Positions 25,990 to 35,331 of a stretch of 64,000 nucleotides of DNA are shown here, one piece after another (positions within the stretch are counted from its first letter, which is position 1; every line of letters starts with the position of its first letter). The position numbers and the translations under genes are program-made. The notes beneath the pieces are model-generated. The model searched no databases. It saw only the letters and a program-made list of their open reading frames with translations, and was not told where the DNA came from. The stretch is from Myxococcota bacterium. GTDB lineage: Bacteria; Myxococcota_A; UBA796; UBA2385. The stretch lies in contig JBIJDH010000005.1 in assembly GCA_044344255.1 (NCBI GenBank), forward strand, positions 160,001-224,000. The letters are read 5' to 3'.

Positions 25990-27279
25990 TCAGGGCGTTC
26001 GCCGTCGGCGGACGAGGCGGTCGACGTTGCCGAGCAGCGCGTGGTCGACGGCGGAGAGCGCGGTGTGCACCGCCGAGCCCGCGGGGCCCTGGATCGCAGG
26101 GGCGGCGCGGGTGCGCCAGGCGCGCAGCACCTCGGAGGCGGGCACGGTCTCGGGCGGGCGCGCCGGTGAGTAGCGGCCGTCCTCGGACTCGAGGAGGAAG
26201 CCCGACTCCTCGAGCACCTCGAGGGCGCGCTGCACATGCCGCGGCTCGGCGCCGGTGAGGGCGACCACCGCCTCCTTCGTGGGGGCCCCCTCGTCGCCCA
26301 TCCAGCGCTCGACCACGACCGCCAGCACGTTCAGCGCGAAGAAGCCGTCGGCCTGACGGTCCCCGGAGAGGGGGTCGACGGCGCGGCGGCGCTGGGAGTC
26401 GACGAGGGCGCCGTGGTTCTGGACCAGCCAGGCCACCTCGACCCCGAAGAGCACGATGAGCCAGAGGGTGTAGGTCCAAATCAAGAAGACCGGGAGGAAG
26501 GCCACCGAGCCGTAGATGCGCGCGAGGTTGTCCTTTGTGCCGAGCATCTCGGTGTACTCGCCGAAGCCGGCCTTGGCCGCCTCGAATGCGATCGCGCTCA
26601 CGAGGCCGCCGGTGAGCGCGGCCCGCCAGGACACCGGCGTGCAGGGGAGGAGGCGGATCGCGCTCACGAGCGCGGTGGCCGTGATCAGCACCGGCAGGAC
26701 GCGGCCGAGCAGCCGGGCGTCGGAGGCCGTGGCGCCGAGGCGGGCGGAGAGCACGAAGCCCGTGGCGATGAGCAGGGGCCCGAGCGTGATGCCTGCATAG
26801 AAGAGCACGAAGCGGAGGAGCCAACTGCGCTTCACGCGGGTCTGGAAGATGTCGTTGTACGCGAGCTCGGCGTTAAAATAGAGCTGGGCCCCGATGAGCA
26901 TGATGCCCACCACGCCGAAGATGCCGAGCGTGCCGATGTTGGCGCCCACGAGCAGGGTGTCCAGGGCCGAGCCCACCTCCTCGACGCTGTCGGCGAGCAT
27001 GGAGTCGTAGAGCACCGCCCGCACGGCGCCGCTCGTGGTGGCGGCGAGGCCGAGCGGCCCGGTCAACGCGAAGCCGAGCACGAGGATGGGTACGATGGCC
27101 ACGGCGGTCCAATAGGAGAGCATCGCCGCGCGGACGTGGAGGCGGTCGCGGATGAGCTCGCGGACCAGCACCACGAGCACGTGGATGAGCTCGACCACCC
27201 CGCGGAACAGCGGGGAGCCCGCGGGGCCGAGGCGCCCGGCCGCCGCGTCCTCATAGAGCCGACGGAACCACGTCCACAT
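25990..27279 (-). CDS. YihY/BrkB-family membrane protein with C-terminal wHTH-like domain
   Basis: RAAMLSYWTAVAIVP, ELAYNDIF, IYGSVAFLPVFLIWTYTLWLIVLFGVE. Confidence 0.88.
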   Translation of the reverse strand: MWTWFRRLYEDAAAGRLGPAGSPLFRGVVELIHVLVVLVRELIRDRLHVRAAMLSYWTAVAIVPILVLGFALTGPLGLAATTSGAVRAVLYDSMLADSVEEVGSALDTLLVGANIGTLGIFGVVGIMLIGAQLYFNAELAYNDIFQTRVKRSWLLRFVLFYAGITLGPLLIATGFVLSARLGATASDARLLGRVLPVLITATALVSAIRLLPCTPVSWRAALTGGLVSAIAFEAAKAGFGEYTEMLGTKDNLARIYGSVAFLPVFLIWTYTLWLIVLFGVEVAWLVQNHGALVDSQRRRAVDPLSGDRQADGFFALNVLAVVVERWMGDEGAPTKEAVVALTGAEPRHVQRALEVLEESGFLLESEDGRYSPARPPETVPASEVLRAWRTRAAPAIQGPAGSAVHTALSAVDHALLGNVDRLVRRRRTP

Positions 27280-27309
27280 GGGAGCCCCCTTCGACCTTCG
27301 GCCGGCCGT

Positions 27310-29445
27310 TCAGACGTCGAGGCCGATCACGGCCCACTCGAGGGTCGGCGGCGCGCGCTTGATGCCCGTCCCCTTGACCCAGACCCGGCCGCCGCTCGGC
27401 AGGCGACGGAGGGGGCTGAGGTCGGTGACCTGCGGGCAGTCGGAGAGGATGAGGGCCCGGAGGCCGCGGAGGGCCGACAAGGGGGTGAGGTCGCGGAGCC
27501 CATGGCAGCCGTGCAGGGCCAGGGCCTGGAGGTTGGGCAGGCGGGAGAGGGGCTCGAGGTCCTTGATCGCGGTGCAGCCGCCGAGGTCGAGCCAGCGCAG
27601 CTCCGAGAGGGAGCCGAGCGGCTCGAGGTGCTCGATGCCCACGCAGCCGCGGGCGTCCATCCACTGCAACTTTCGGTTGAAGGCGAGGGGGGAGAGGTCG
27701 GTGACCCGGACGCAGCCGTGCAGGTCGAGTCGGCTGAGCTGGCGGAGGTGGGAGATCGGACCGAGGTCTACGATCTCCGCACAGTCGGCCAGCGAGAGGG
27801 CGACCTGGTCTTCGAGGGCGGCGAGGGGCCGCAGGTCGCGGGTCCAGGGGGGGACGCGCCCCCGGTCGGTCGCCCAGCGTCGGATGGCCTCGCCGACGAG
27901 GCGATGGGCGGCGGTGCGCATCTTGTCGGGCACGGCGGTGTGATCGCGGATGGCCTGGGCGAGCGGGCCGAGCGCGTCCATGTCGGCGAGGGTCTGGCGG
28001 CGACCGCCGCCGAGGAGCTGCGTGTAGACCTTCTCGGCCTGCGCCGGATCGGCCGCGAGCTGCTCGAAGACCTGTCCGAGCTCGACCGCACCCTCTCGTC
28101 GGCGGGCCCAGCCCTTGAGCGCGGCTACCGACTGGGCGCTCGGGGCCTCGGCCTGGAGCGATCGGGCGATGCTGCCCGCCGCGAGGTGGACCTGCAGCTC
28201 GGCGGAACAAAAGCGGACGGAGCGGTCGGTGGCGTCGAGGAAGGGGGCGCGCTCCAGCACCAGCTCGACGAAGGTGCTGGCGACGACCTCGCCGGGGTCC
28301 TCCTCGTGGGTGGCACGGGCGGCGGCGCGGGCGAGCTCGGTGACCTCCTCTTGCGGGACACCGCCGTCCCCCTGGCCAGAGCGCGCCGCGAGGTCGCCGA
28401 AGAAGCGCCGCCGGGCCTCTCCGCCGAGGCCGGAGGCGTCGCCGAGGAGCCCGATGGTGACGTCGCGGAGCTGATCGAGCAGCCCGGGGAGGCTGTTGGA
28501 GAGCCCTCCCGGACCCTCCCGCGCGAGGGCGAGCAGGGGGAGCCAGCAAGGCAGGCGGCTCCCGAGCCTGCGGGAGGCGACCTCGAGCTCCGCGGCCAGC
28601 GCTCGGCCCTCCGCCGCCTCGGCCTCCGGGGTGAGGTGGCGGAGGGAGGTCCAGCGCTCCGACCAGGCGCGGACCTGGTGGGCGTCGAAGGGGTGGATGT
28701 GCCAGGCGGGCACCTCCACCTCGGCCGAGGCCGACACGGTGGCCAAGGACGGCGGCAGGTCTTCGTCGGGGGAGACCTCCTCCCGGAGCGGCAGGGCGCC
28801 GTAGCGGGCGGCGTCGGCGGTGATGAGCCAGGTGCAGGAGGGGAAGCGCCACATCCCGTCGAGGATCGCGTCGCGGAGGGCCTCGCGGGCGCCACGGTCC
28901 TCGACCTCGTCGTAGCCGTCGAGCACGAAGAGCACCTGCCCGCGGTCGAGGAGGGCCAGCAGCACGCTGTCGAGGCCGGGGTACCACCAGGGGCGCCCTT
29001 GCTGGAGGGAGAGCAGCGCCTCGACGGTGCGCCCCATTCGTTGCACGGCGAGGCGCCGCAGCGGGAACCAGAGCGGCACCATCCGGCCGAGGCGGTCGAT
29101 CACCGGGTTGTGCGTGGGGTCGGTCAGGGCGTGGATGAGCTCGGCGGCCAGGGTGGAGCGACCGCCCCCGCGCGGGGAGAGGAGCACGATCCTGCGGTGC
29201 AGGTCGAAGAGATCGAAGAGGTCGACCGTGGCCGAGGCCTTGCCTGCGACGGCCGGCGAGGGCCCGAGGCGGGGCGGGATGTAGAGCTCGCTCAGCGGTA
29301 CGAGCCCTCCGCTGCCACCGCGCGGAGCGGGGACAGGCAGCGAGGCGTGCGCCTGCCGGTGCCAGGCCAGGTAGCGGATGAGCGAGCCGTGATCCCAGGG
29401 GTTGAGGAAGGCCCCGGGGTCGGGCGTGGAGCTGGAGCGGTTCAT
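27310..29445 (-). CDS. NACHT-like NTPase with C-terminal leucine-rich repeats (bacterial NLR-like)
   Basis: LSELYIP, IVLLSPRGGGRST (degenerate Walker A), VLFVLDGYDEV (Walker B); about six 23-aa LRRs (L..L.L.GC....DL.PL). Confidence 0.8.
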   Translation of the reverse strand: MNRSSSTPDPGAFLNPWDHGSLIRYLAWHRQAHASLPVPAPRGGSGGLVPLSELYIPPRLGPSPAVAGKASATVDLFDLFDLHRRIVLLSPRGGGRSTLAAELIHALTDPTHNPVIDRLGRMVPLWFPLRRLAVQRMGRTVEALLSLQQGRPWWYPGLDSVLLALLDRGQVLFVLDGYDEVEDRGAREALRDAILDGMWRFPSCTWLITADAARYGALPLREEVSPDEDLPPSLATVSASAEVEVPAWHIHPFDAHQVRAWSERWTSLRHLTPEAEAAEGRALAAELEVASRRLGSRLPCWLPLLALAREGPGGLSNSLPGLLDQLRDVTIGLLGDASGLGGEARRRFFGDLAARSGQGDGGVPQEEVTELARAAARATHEEDPGEVVASTFVELVLERAPFLDATDRSVRFCSAELQVHLAAGSIARSLQAEAPSAQSVAALKGWARRREGAVELGQVFEQLAADPAQAEKVYTQLLGGGRRQTLADMDALGPLAQAIRDHTAVPDKMRTAAHRLVGEAIRRWATDRGRVPPWTRDLRPLAALEDQVALSLADCAEIVDLGPISHLRQLSRLDLHGCVRVTDLSPLAFNRKLQWMDARGCVGIEHLEPLGSLSELRWLDLGGCTAIKDLEPLSRLPNLQALALHGCHGLRDLTPLSALRGLRALILSDCPQVTDLSPLRRLPSGGRVWVKGTGIKRAPPTLEWAVIGLDV

Positions 29446-29455
29446 TCGCGTGGGT

Positions 29456-30361
29456 TCAGGACCGTTCGGCGGAGCGGCCCGGCACCCGGCGATCGATCAG
29501 GGCCGCCAGGAGCGCCTGCGCGGTCGACGCGTCGAGCAGGGCGTCGGCCAGCCAGTCGGCCTCTTCGGAGGAGGGCGCAGCGAGCAGCGCGGCGCGGGCC
29601 TCCGCCTCGGCGGGGAAGCGCCGCTCGAGTTGGCGGGCGAGGAGCCTGCGCTGCCCTTCGGCGATGCCTTCGGCGATGCCTTCGGCTTTGCCCTCGGCCT
29701 TGCCCTCGGCTTTGCCCTCGGCTTTGCCCTCGGCTTTGCCCTCGGCCTTGCCCTCGGTGTGTCCCTCGGCGCGGACCTCGTCGAGGTCGCGGTATCCGAA
29801 ACGTTGGAGCATGTTGCGCAGGACGACGGCCTCTGCGGCGCCAGGGCTGTAGAGGGCCTCGACCGGGACGGGGTTCTCGAGCACGCCGGGGGCGTGGAGC
29901 CACTCGCCTGCGACCCGCGTCACGCGCGGGCGCCCGGGCTCGTAGACCTCGACCCTCCGAGGCCCGTCCAGCCGCACCACCCACAGGTGCTTCGTCCCTG
30001 CGGCCAGGAGCTCTTCGATCTTCAGGCGGAGCTCGGTGAAGTCCTGCCCGGGCCCCGCGTACTCGATGGCCAGCGGGGGCGCCTTCCGCTCCCAGTCGTC
30101 GTCGCCGCCCTCGTCGCTGAAGACGGCCACGTCGGGCGCGCGGAGCATGCCGGGGTGTGTGCTGACCCCGAGCTCCACGCCGGCCCGCTTAACGAGCGGG
30201 TCGCTCTTGACGATCGCCGCTCCCCAGGCCTGGGCCTCGCTGCCGCCCTTCTTCGTCGGCAGGCACTCGACGCGCCGACCGTTGGAGAGCTCGACGGGGT
30301 CTCCGCTGCGGATCTGGTCGGCGGTCCAGGATGGGGTCGGGCTCAGGAGTGGTTCAGGCAT
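29456..30361 (-). CDS. Uma2-family endonuclease with C-terminal (AEGK)n tail
   Basis: ELSNG, RAPDVAV, PPLAIEYA, KIEELLAAGTKHLWVV; Rpn-like C-terminal helical tail. Confidence 0.85.
   Translation of the reverse strand: MPEPLLSPTPSWTADQIRSGDPVELSNGRRVECLPTKKGGSEAQAWGAAIVKSDPLVKRAGVELGVSTHPGMLRAPDVAVFSDEGGDDDWERKAPPLAIEYAGPGQDFTELRLKIEELLAAGTKHLWVVRLDGPRRVEVYEPGRPRVTRVAGEWLHAPGVLENPVPVEALYSPGAAEAVVLRNMLQRFGYRDLDEVRAEGHTEGKAEGKAEGKAEGKAEGKAEGKAEGIAEGIAEGQRRLLARQLERRFPAEAEARAALLAAPSSEEADWLADALLDASTAQALLAALIDRRVPGRSAERS
29651..29770 (-). repeat. 12-bp tandem repeat, 10 units, encoding (A/T)EG(H/K/I/Q)
   Basis: AEGH TEGK (AEGK)5 (AEGI)2 AEGQ. Confidence 0.9.
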
Positions 30362-30434
30362 AGGCCATCCTACCCGGAAAGGTCCGGCCGTGCAGGCGGG
30401 GGCGGCCGAGCGGCGGTCGAGCGGCGGTCGAGCC

Positions 30435-32993
30435 TCAGGTCGTGCCGCGGTCTTCGACCTTTTGGAGCCGATCTCGCAGCGCCTTGTTCTCGTCGCGGAG
30501 CTTGTCGAGGTCGGCGCGCAGGGTGGAGAGGCCGGCCTCGGTGCTGCGCCCGGCGGCGACGCGGTTGGCCGCGTTCCAGGCGGTGCGGGCGAGGCGCCCG
30601 TCGCCGTCGCTCTCGTGGATGGCGTGCAGGAGCGCGAGGGAGCGCGGGTCCTTCGCGGCGCCGAGCCCGCCGATGGCGGCCATGCGGACCCGGAAGGGGG
30701 CCTCACGGGCGAGCTCGAGGAGGGCGTCTACGGCCGGGCGGCGGGTGGACTCGACCTCATCGGCGAGGCGGCCGAGCGCGGCGGCGGCGGCGGCGCGGGG
30801 GCGGGCGCCCTTGTCGGGGCTGGTCCAGGAGAGGAGCAGCGGCAAGGCGGCGGGATCCTGGGCGGCGCCGAGGGCCTCGAGAGCGCGGCTGCGCAGGAGG
30901 TCGTTCCAGGCGTCTCGACGGAGCGCCGCCTCGGCCCGGGCGAGGTTGCCGGGGGCCCGCAGGCGCCCGAGCGACTTGATGAGCTCCCCCTCCACCTGGA
31001 GCGAGGCGTCCGGCGCCTCGGCCCGGGCGAGCAGGGCCTCGACCACCTTGCGGCTGCGGACGCCACCCAGCGCGGTCACGATGGCCTTGCGCACCTTGGG
31101 GTGCGGATCGTCGAGGGCCAGGATGAGGGCGGCCTCCGCGACCTCGCCGCCCCGCTTGCCGAGGAGGCCGGCGAGCTCCACCCGCACCCCCCAGAAGGTG
31201 TCGGCGCGGAGGGCGGCGCAGAGGCCGGTGATGGCGGCCTTGGAGCCGTCCTTCAAGAGCGCCTGGCCGGCGCGGACGCGGCCGACAGGGCCCGGATCCT
31301 GCTGCAGCGAGGAGAGCAGCCAGCCCCGCGGCCCGGAGAGCGTGAGCTCGAGCAGCGTGCTGAAGTGCGCGTCGACCTCGACCCGCAGCGGCTCCTCGGC
31401 GAGCGGCAACAGGAAGGAGCGCTCGCGCTCGGTGACCCGGAGGACCCGCTCGACCGGCGTGCCCTCGGCGCCGACGACGCGCAGCGAGAGCGGGAAGTGG
31501 AAGGCCTCGCTGACCCCCTCCCCGGACTGGGTCTGCTTGACGGAGACGCTGAGCGCGCCTTCGCCGTAGGCGAGCGAGACCTCGACGGTGGGGTGCCCGG
31601 CCCCCTCGACGCGGCTCTGGAAGAAGCCGTCGAGGTTGCGGCCGCTGGCCTCCTCCATCGCCCGCTGGAGGTGCCGGGTGTGGACGGTGCCACCGCCGTG
31701 CCGCTCCAGATACTGGCGGGTTCCGGCCCAGAAGGCGGCCTCGCCGAGCTCGGTGCGCAGGCTGTGGAGCACGAGGCCGCCCTTCTCGTAGAGGTGGCGG
31801 TCGAAGAGGTCGATCGGGTTCTTGAAGCGGTAATGGACGATCGAGCGCCGGTAGGAGCCGCCGTCCTCCTCCAGATAGCCCTGGAGCTGGCCGTACAGGC
31901 CGTACTCCGCCTCGTCGGCGCCGAGGTCGTGGCGGGCCCAGAGGTACTCGCTGTAGGTGGCCCAGCCCTCGTTCAGCCAGGCCTGGCTCCAATCCTGGCA
32001 GGTGACGAGGTCACCGAACCACTGGTGGGCCAGCTCGTGGGCGATGAGGTCTTCGGCGTCCCAGTCGAGGGCGGCGCGATCATCGGTGAGCACGAGGTCG
32101 GTGAGCGTGGTGGCCCCCGCGTTCTCCATGCCGCCGAAGATGAAGTCGTGGACGATGATCTGATCGTAGCGGGGCCAGGGGTAGGGGACCCCGAACGTGG
32201 CCTCGAAGAGGCGGATCATCGCCGGGGTCTTGTGAAAGCAGCGGGTCATGACCGCGGGATCGGCCCCCACCGGCGCGAGGTAGCGCACGGGCACCTGGCT
32301 CGCAGGGTCGTCCACGACCACGAGCGGGCCGACGATGACGGTGACGAGGTAAGCGGGGATCGGCCGCTCCTCGACCCAGCGCCAGCGCACCTGATCACCC
32401 TCGACCTCGCGCGACACGAGGCGGCCGTTCGACACGACCTCGTCGCCGGCCGGGGCGACCACGGTGACGCTCACGGGCTGCTTCACAGAGGGGTGGTCGA
32501 GGCAGGGGAAGAGGTAGTGGCCGTCTTCGTCCTGGCACTGGCTCCAGGCCATGTGCGGGCGGCCGGGCTCCGACGGCGTGGGGCCGGTGAAGTAGAGTCC
32601 GCGGCTGGGCTTGCCGGAGTGGGCCACCTGGATGCGGGCCGTGGCGCCCGACAAGCCCGAGACGGACACCACGCCGTCGCCCAGGCGGTAGGGCAGCGGG
32701 CGACCGGCCTCGTCGGTGACCATGCTCACCGCTTGATCTTCGAGGTCGAGCACGACGGGGTTGGGCAGGGAGCCCTGCCAGGCGCTCACCGTGACCGTCG
32801 TGCGCCCGGACAGGGTCTGGGCGACGGGGTCGATGTGGAGCTCGATGTCGAGGTGATCGACCCGGACGCCCCGGTCGGGGGCGTACCGCGGGGCGACGCC
32901 GGGCTCGGGGAAGGCTTGGGCTCCCGCGACCGCGAAGCCCCCAAAGCGGGACTCGAGCGCGAGCCCCTTATCGGTGAGGAAGTGGCTGCTCAT
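30435..32993 (-). CDS. pepN: M1-family aminopeptidase with HEAT repeats and C-terminal coiled coil
   Basis: GGMEN, HELAHQWFG...WLNEG, YEKG; HEAT repeats; ATG 32993 with GGAG upstream. Confidence 0.92.
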   Translation of the reverse strand: MSSHFLTDKGLALESRFGGFAVAGAQAFPEPGVAPRYAPDRGVRVDHLDIELHIDPVAQTLSGRTTVTVSAWQGSLPNPVVLDLEDQAVSMVTDEAGRPLPYRLGDGVVSVSGLSGATARIQVAHSGKPSRGLYFTGPTPSEPGRPHMAWSQCQDEDGHYLFPCLDHPSVKQPVSVTVVAPAGDEVVSNGRLVSREVEGDQVRWRWVEERPIPAYLVTVIVGPLVVVDDPASQVPVRYLAPVGADPAVMTRCFHKTPAMIRLFEATFGVPYPWPRYDQIIVHDFIFGGMENAGATTLTDLVLTDDRAALDWDAEDLIAHELAHQWFGDLVTCQDWSQAWLNEGWATYSEYLWARHDLGADEAEYGLYGQLQGYLEEDGGSYRRSIVHYRFKNPIDLFDRHLYEKGGLVLHSLRTELGEAAFWAGTRQYLERHGGGTVHTRHLQRAMEEASGRNLDGFFQSRVEGAGHPTVEVSLAYGEGALSVSVKQTQSGEGVSEAFHFPLSLRVVGAEGTPVERVLRVTERERSFLLPLAEEPLRVEVDAHFSTLLELTLSGPRGWLLSSLQQDPGPVGRVRAGQALLKDGSKAAITGLCAALRADTFWGVRVELAGLLGKRGGEVAEAALILALDDPHPKVRKAIVTALGGVRSRKVVEALLARAEAPDASLQVEGELIKSLGRLRAPGNLARAEAALRRDAWNDLLRSRALEALGAAQDPAALPLLLSWTSPDKGARPRAAAAAALGRLADEVESTRRPAVDALLELAREAPFRVRMAAIGGLGAAKDPRSLALLHAIHESDGDGRLARTAWNAANRVAAGRSTEAGLSTLRADLDKLRDENKALRDRLQKVEDRGTT

Positions 32994-33015
32994 CGCGGGG
33001 GTCGCTCCCTCAGGC

Positions 33016-33777
33016 TCAGGCGCCGGCCTGACGGGTGGTGGGGAGGAGGATGTAGCCGTCGCGCAGATCGCCGAGGAAGGCGCAGGCCTCGGGGCCGCGG
33101 AAGTCGAGGTAGGCCCCGACATAGGCGGTGAGCACGGCCTGGAGCCGCTCTTCAAGCTCGCCGACCCGGCTGCCGTTGCTGGAGGGGAGGTCCGCCTCGA
33201 CGAGCTCGGTGAGCTGCGGGCTGTCGACCAGCGGGGGGTCGGCGTCACCGAGGGTGTTCTGGATGAGGTCGCGGATGCGGTCGACCGCGTCCTTCCGCGC
33301 GCCGACGGGGCCGGCCTTCATGCGGATCGGCCGCTCGAGCTCGAAGAGCATGACCTGGGCGGCCTGCGTGCAGGTCTCGACGAGGCGATCACCCTCGGCG
33401 GTGGGGTCGGGATCGAAGCCCATGCGCATCAGGGCCTTGGCGATCGTGCGCGGATGCGAGCTGTTGATCGTGTTGACCGAGTACTCGTCTACGTGGTTGC
33501 GCTTGAAGTGCTCGTCGAGCAGAACGTCGCAAGGGCGGCGACCGCCGGTGTTCTCGACGATGACAGGGGCGTTGACGCTGATGATGCAGCCGTATCGGCC
33601 GCGGTTGCGGGCGATCCAGGAGAGGATGTCTTCGTGGGTGCGCAGCGACACCGCGCTCAGCAAGCGGACACCGCCGTCTGCGGTGGCCTCGAGCACGGCG
33701 CCGCCGGAGGTGTTGCGGGGCGCCCAGGCGAGATCCAGCCCCAGGTAGCGGGGGGTGCGGGCCTTTGGTTCGGTCAC
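33016..33777 (-). CDS. DUF429-family predicted nuclease (RNase H-like fold)
   Basis: YLGLDLAW..RNTSG, SVNAP, G.RPCD, GDLRDGYILLP. Confidence 0.75.
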   Translation of the reverse strand: MTEPKARTPRYLGLDLAWAPRNTSGGAVLEATADGGVRLLSAVSLRTHEDILSWIARNRGRYGCIISVNAPVIVENTGGRRPCDVLLDEHFKRNHVDEYSVNTINSSHPRTIAKALMRMGFDPDPTAEGDRLVETCTQAAQVMLFELERPIRMKAGPVGARKDAVDRIRDLIQNTLGDADPPLVDSPQLTELVEADLPSSNGSRVGELEERLQAVLTAYVGAYLDFRGPEACAFLGDLRDGYILLPTTRQAGA

Positions 33778-35330
33778 TTGGTAGCCTTCCAGCGGTTGAG
33801 GAGCCCTGATAGCGCGCCGCGTACCCCCTGCAACCGATCGCCCCCCTTGCGGGTGAGCTCGATGAGACCGCGGGTCGCGTCGATCAGGGCGTCATTGTAG
33901 GGGTACCACCACATCTCGTGGGGCCCCGAGAGCGCGTCTACGACGACCGTGCGGGGGCGGGTCATCTCGTAGAGCGCGAAGCGAGAATTGGTGACCCCGT
34001 GACCGGAGTCTTTCACGCCGGTCCAGGCGCCGTCGGGCAGCGCGCCGGTGAAGGCGTGGTTGTTGATCGTGACCACGCCCGTCGCGAAGGAGCCGGCGAG
34101 TGCCTCGCCGTGGATGAGGTTGCTCGTCCACACCGAGGCCGTGAGGCCGTAGGCGCTCGCGTTGGCGCGCTCGATCACGGCGTCGATGTCGTCGAAGGGC
34201 ACGATGGGGAGGACCGGCCCGAAGGTCTCCTCCCGCATGACGGCCATGTCGTCGCGGACGTCGGTGAGCACGGTGGGCTCGTGGTACCAGCCAGGGCCGG
34301 GCGCGCCGCCGCCGCAGCGGATCTTCGCCCCGCCCGCGACCGCCTCAGCGACCTGCCGGCGGACGATGTCGAGCTGGGCCTCGGTGACGAGGGGGCCGAT
34401 GTCCTGGAGGGGGCGGAGCGCGCGGGTCGCCTCGACGGCCATGTTCACGAAGCGATCGTAGATGCTGCGGTGGACGTAACAGCGCTCGATCGCGGCGCAG
34501 TTCTGCCCAGCGAAGCCGAAGGCCGCCCAGACCACGCCGTTGACGGTGCGCTCGAGGGGGGCGTCGGCCAGCACGACGGCGGCGTCCTTCCCGCCGAGCT
34601 CGAGGCTGGCGGGGATCATCCGCTCGCCGGCGATGGCGCTGATCCGCTTCCCGGTGCGCACGCTGCCGGTGAAGAAGATGCCGTCGATTTGATCGCGGAC
34701 CAGGGCCTCGCCCACCGCGCCCCCGCCTTGGAGGAGGGTGACCACCCCCTTCGGGAGGTGTTTGTCGATCAGCTCGTGCAAGAAGGCGCTCAGGCGCGCG
34801 GTGTGCTCGGAGGGCTTCCACACCACCGCGTTGCCGGCCAGCAGGGCGGGGACGAGCATGCGGAGCGGGATCGCGACGGGGAGGTTCCAGGGGGTGATGA
34901 GCCCGAGCACCCCCTTCGGCTCCAGGCGGACGACGCCGCTCTTCCGCGGGTAGTCGAGGGGAGACAGGGAGAGGGGGAAGGCGGTGAGGAGGTCGTCGAT
35001 GTGGCCGAGCCAGTAGGAGAAGAGGCCATTGTTGGCGACGATCTCGGCGGTCCACGCCTCGCCGGCCGGCCGGCCGCACTCCTCGGCGAGCAGATCGGCG
35101 ATCTTCTGGGCGTTCTCCAGGAAGGCCTGGTGGAGGTCGGCCACCGCCCACTTGCGGCGCTTGAGGCCGAGCTCCTCCCACTCGCGCTGCGCCGCCCGTG
35201 CGCCCGCGACGAGGGCGGGCACCTCAGAGACCGCCGTGCATCGGATCTTCGCGCCCCGCTCAGAGAGGTCACGCGGATCGATGCTCTGGATGTGCTCGCC
35301 GGTGTCGTCTCGGCGGATGGAGGCGCTCAA
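33774..35330 (-). CDS. Aldehyde dehydrogenase family protein
   Basis: ITPWNLP, WKPSE, FTGS, LELGGKD, GQNC, EETFGP. Confidence 0.95.
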   Translation of the reverse strand: MSASIRRDDTGEHIQSIDPRDLSERGAKIRCTAVSEVPALVAGARAAQREWEELGLKRRKWAVADLHQAFLENAQKIADLLAEECGRPAGEAWTAEIVANNGLFSYWLGHIDDLLTAFPLSLSPLDYPRKSGVVRLEPKGVLGLITPWNLPVAIPLRMLVPALLAGNAVVWKPSEHTARLSAFLHELIDKHLPKGVVTLLQGGGAVGEALVRDQIDGIFFTGSVRTGKRISAIAGERMIPASLELGGKDAAVVLADAPLERTVNGVVWAAFGFAGQNCAAIERCYVHRSIYDRFVNMAVEATRALRPLQDIGPLVTEAQLDIVRRQVAEAVAGGAKIRCGGGAPGPGWYHEPTVLTDVRDDMAVMREETFGPVLPIVPFDDIDAVIERANASAYGLTASVWTSNLIHGEALAGSFATGVVTINNHAFTGALPDGAWTGVKDSGHGVTNSRFALYEMTRPRTVVVDALSGPHEMWWYPYNDALIDATRGLIELTRKGGDRLQGVRGALSGLLNRWKATK

Positions 35331-35331
35331 G

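Noticed and set aside
26236..30039. 1267-aa plus-strand ORF (and similar giants at 30036-33131, 39454-42528, 51603-54428, 56466-59291, 1330-3957)
   Set aside because: Antisense shadows of well-supported genes. Stop codons are rare at this GC content and the translations have no motifs.
29453..30358. GGTTCAGG direct repeat at both ends of the Uma2 gene as a target-site duplication
   Set aside because: Only 8 bp, both copies overlap the coding sequence ends, and there are no terminal inverted repeats or transposase.
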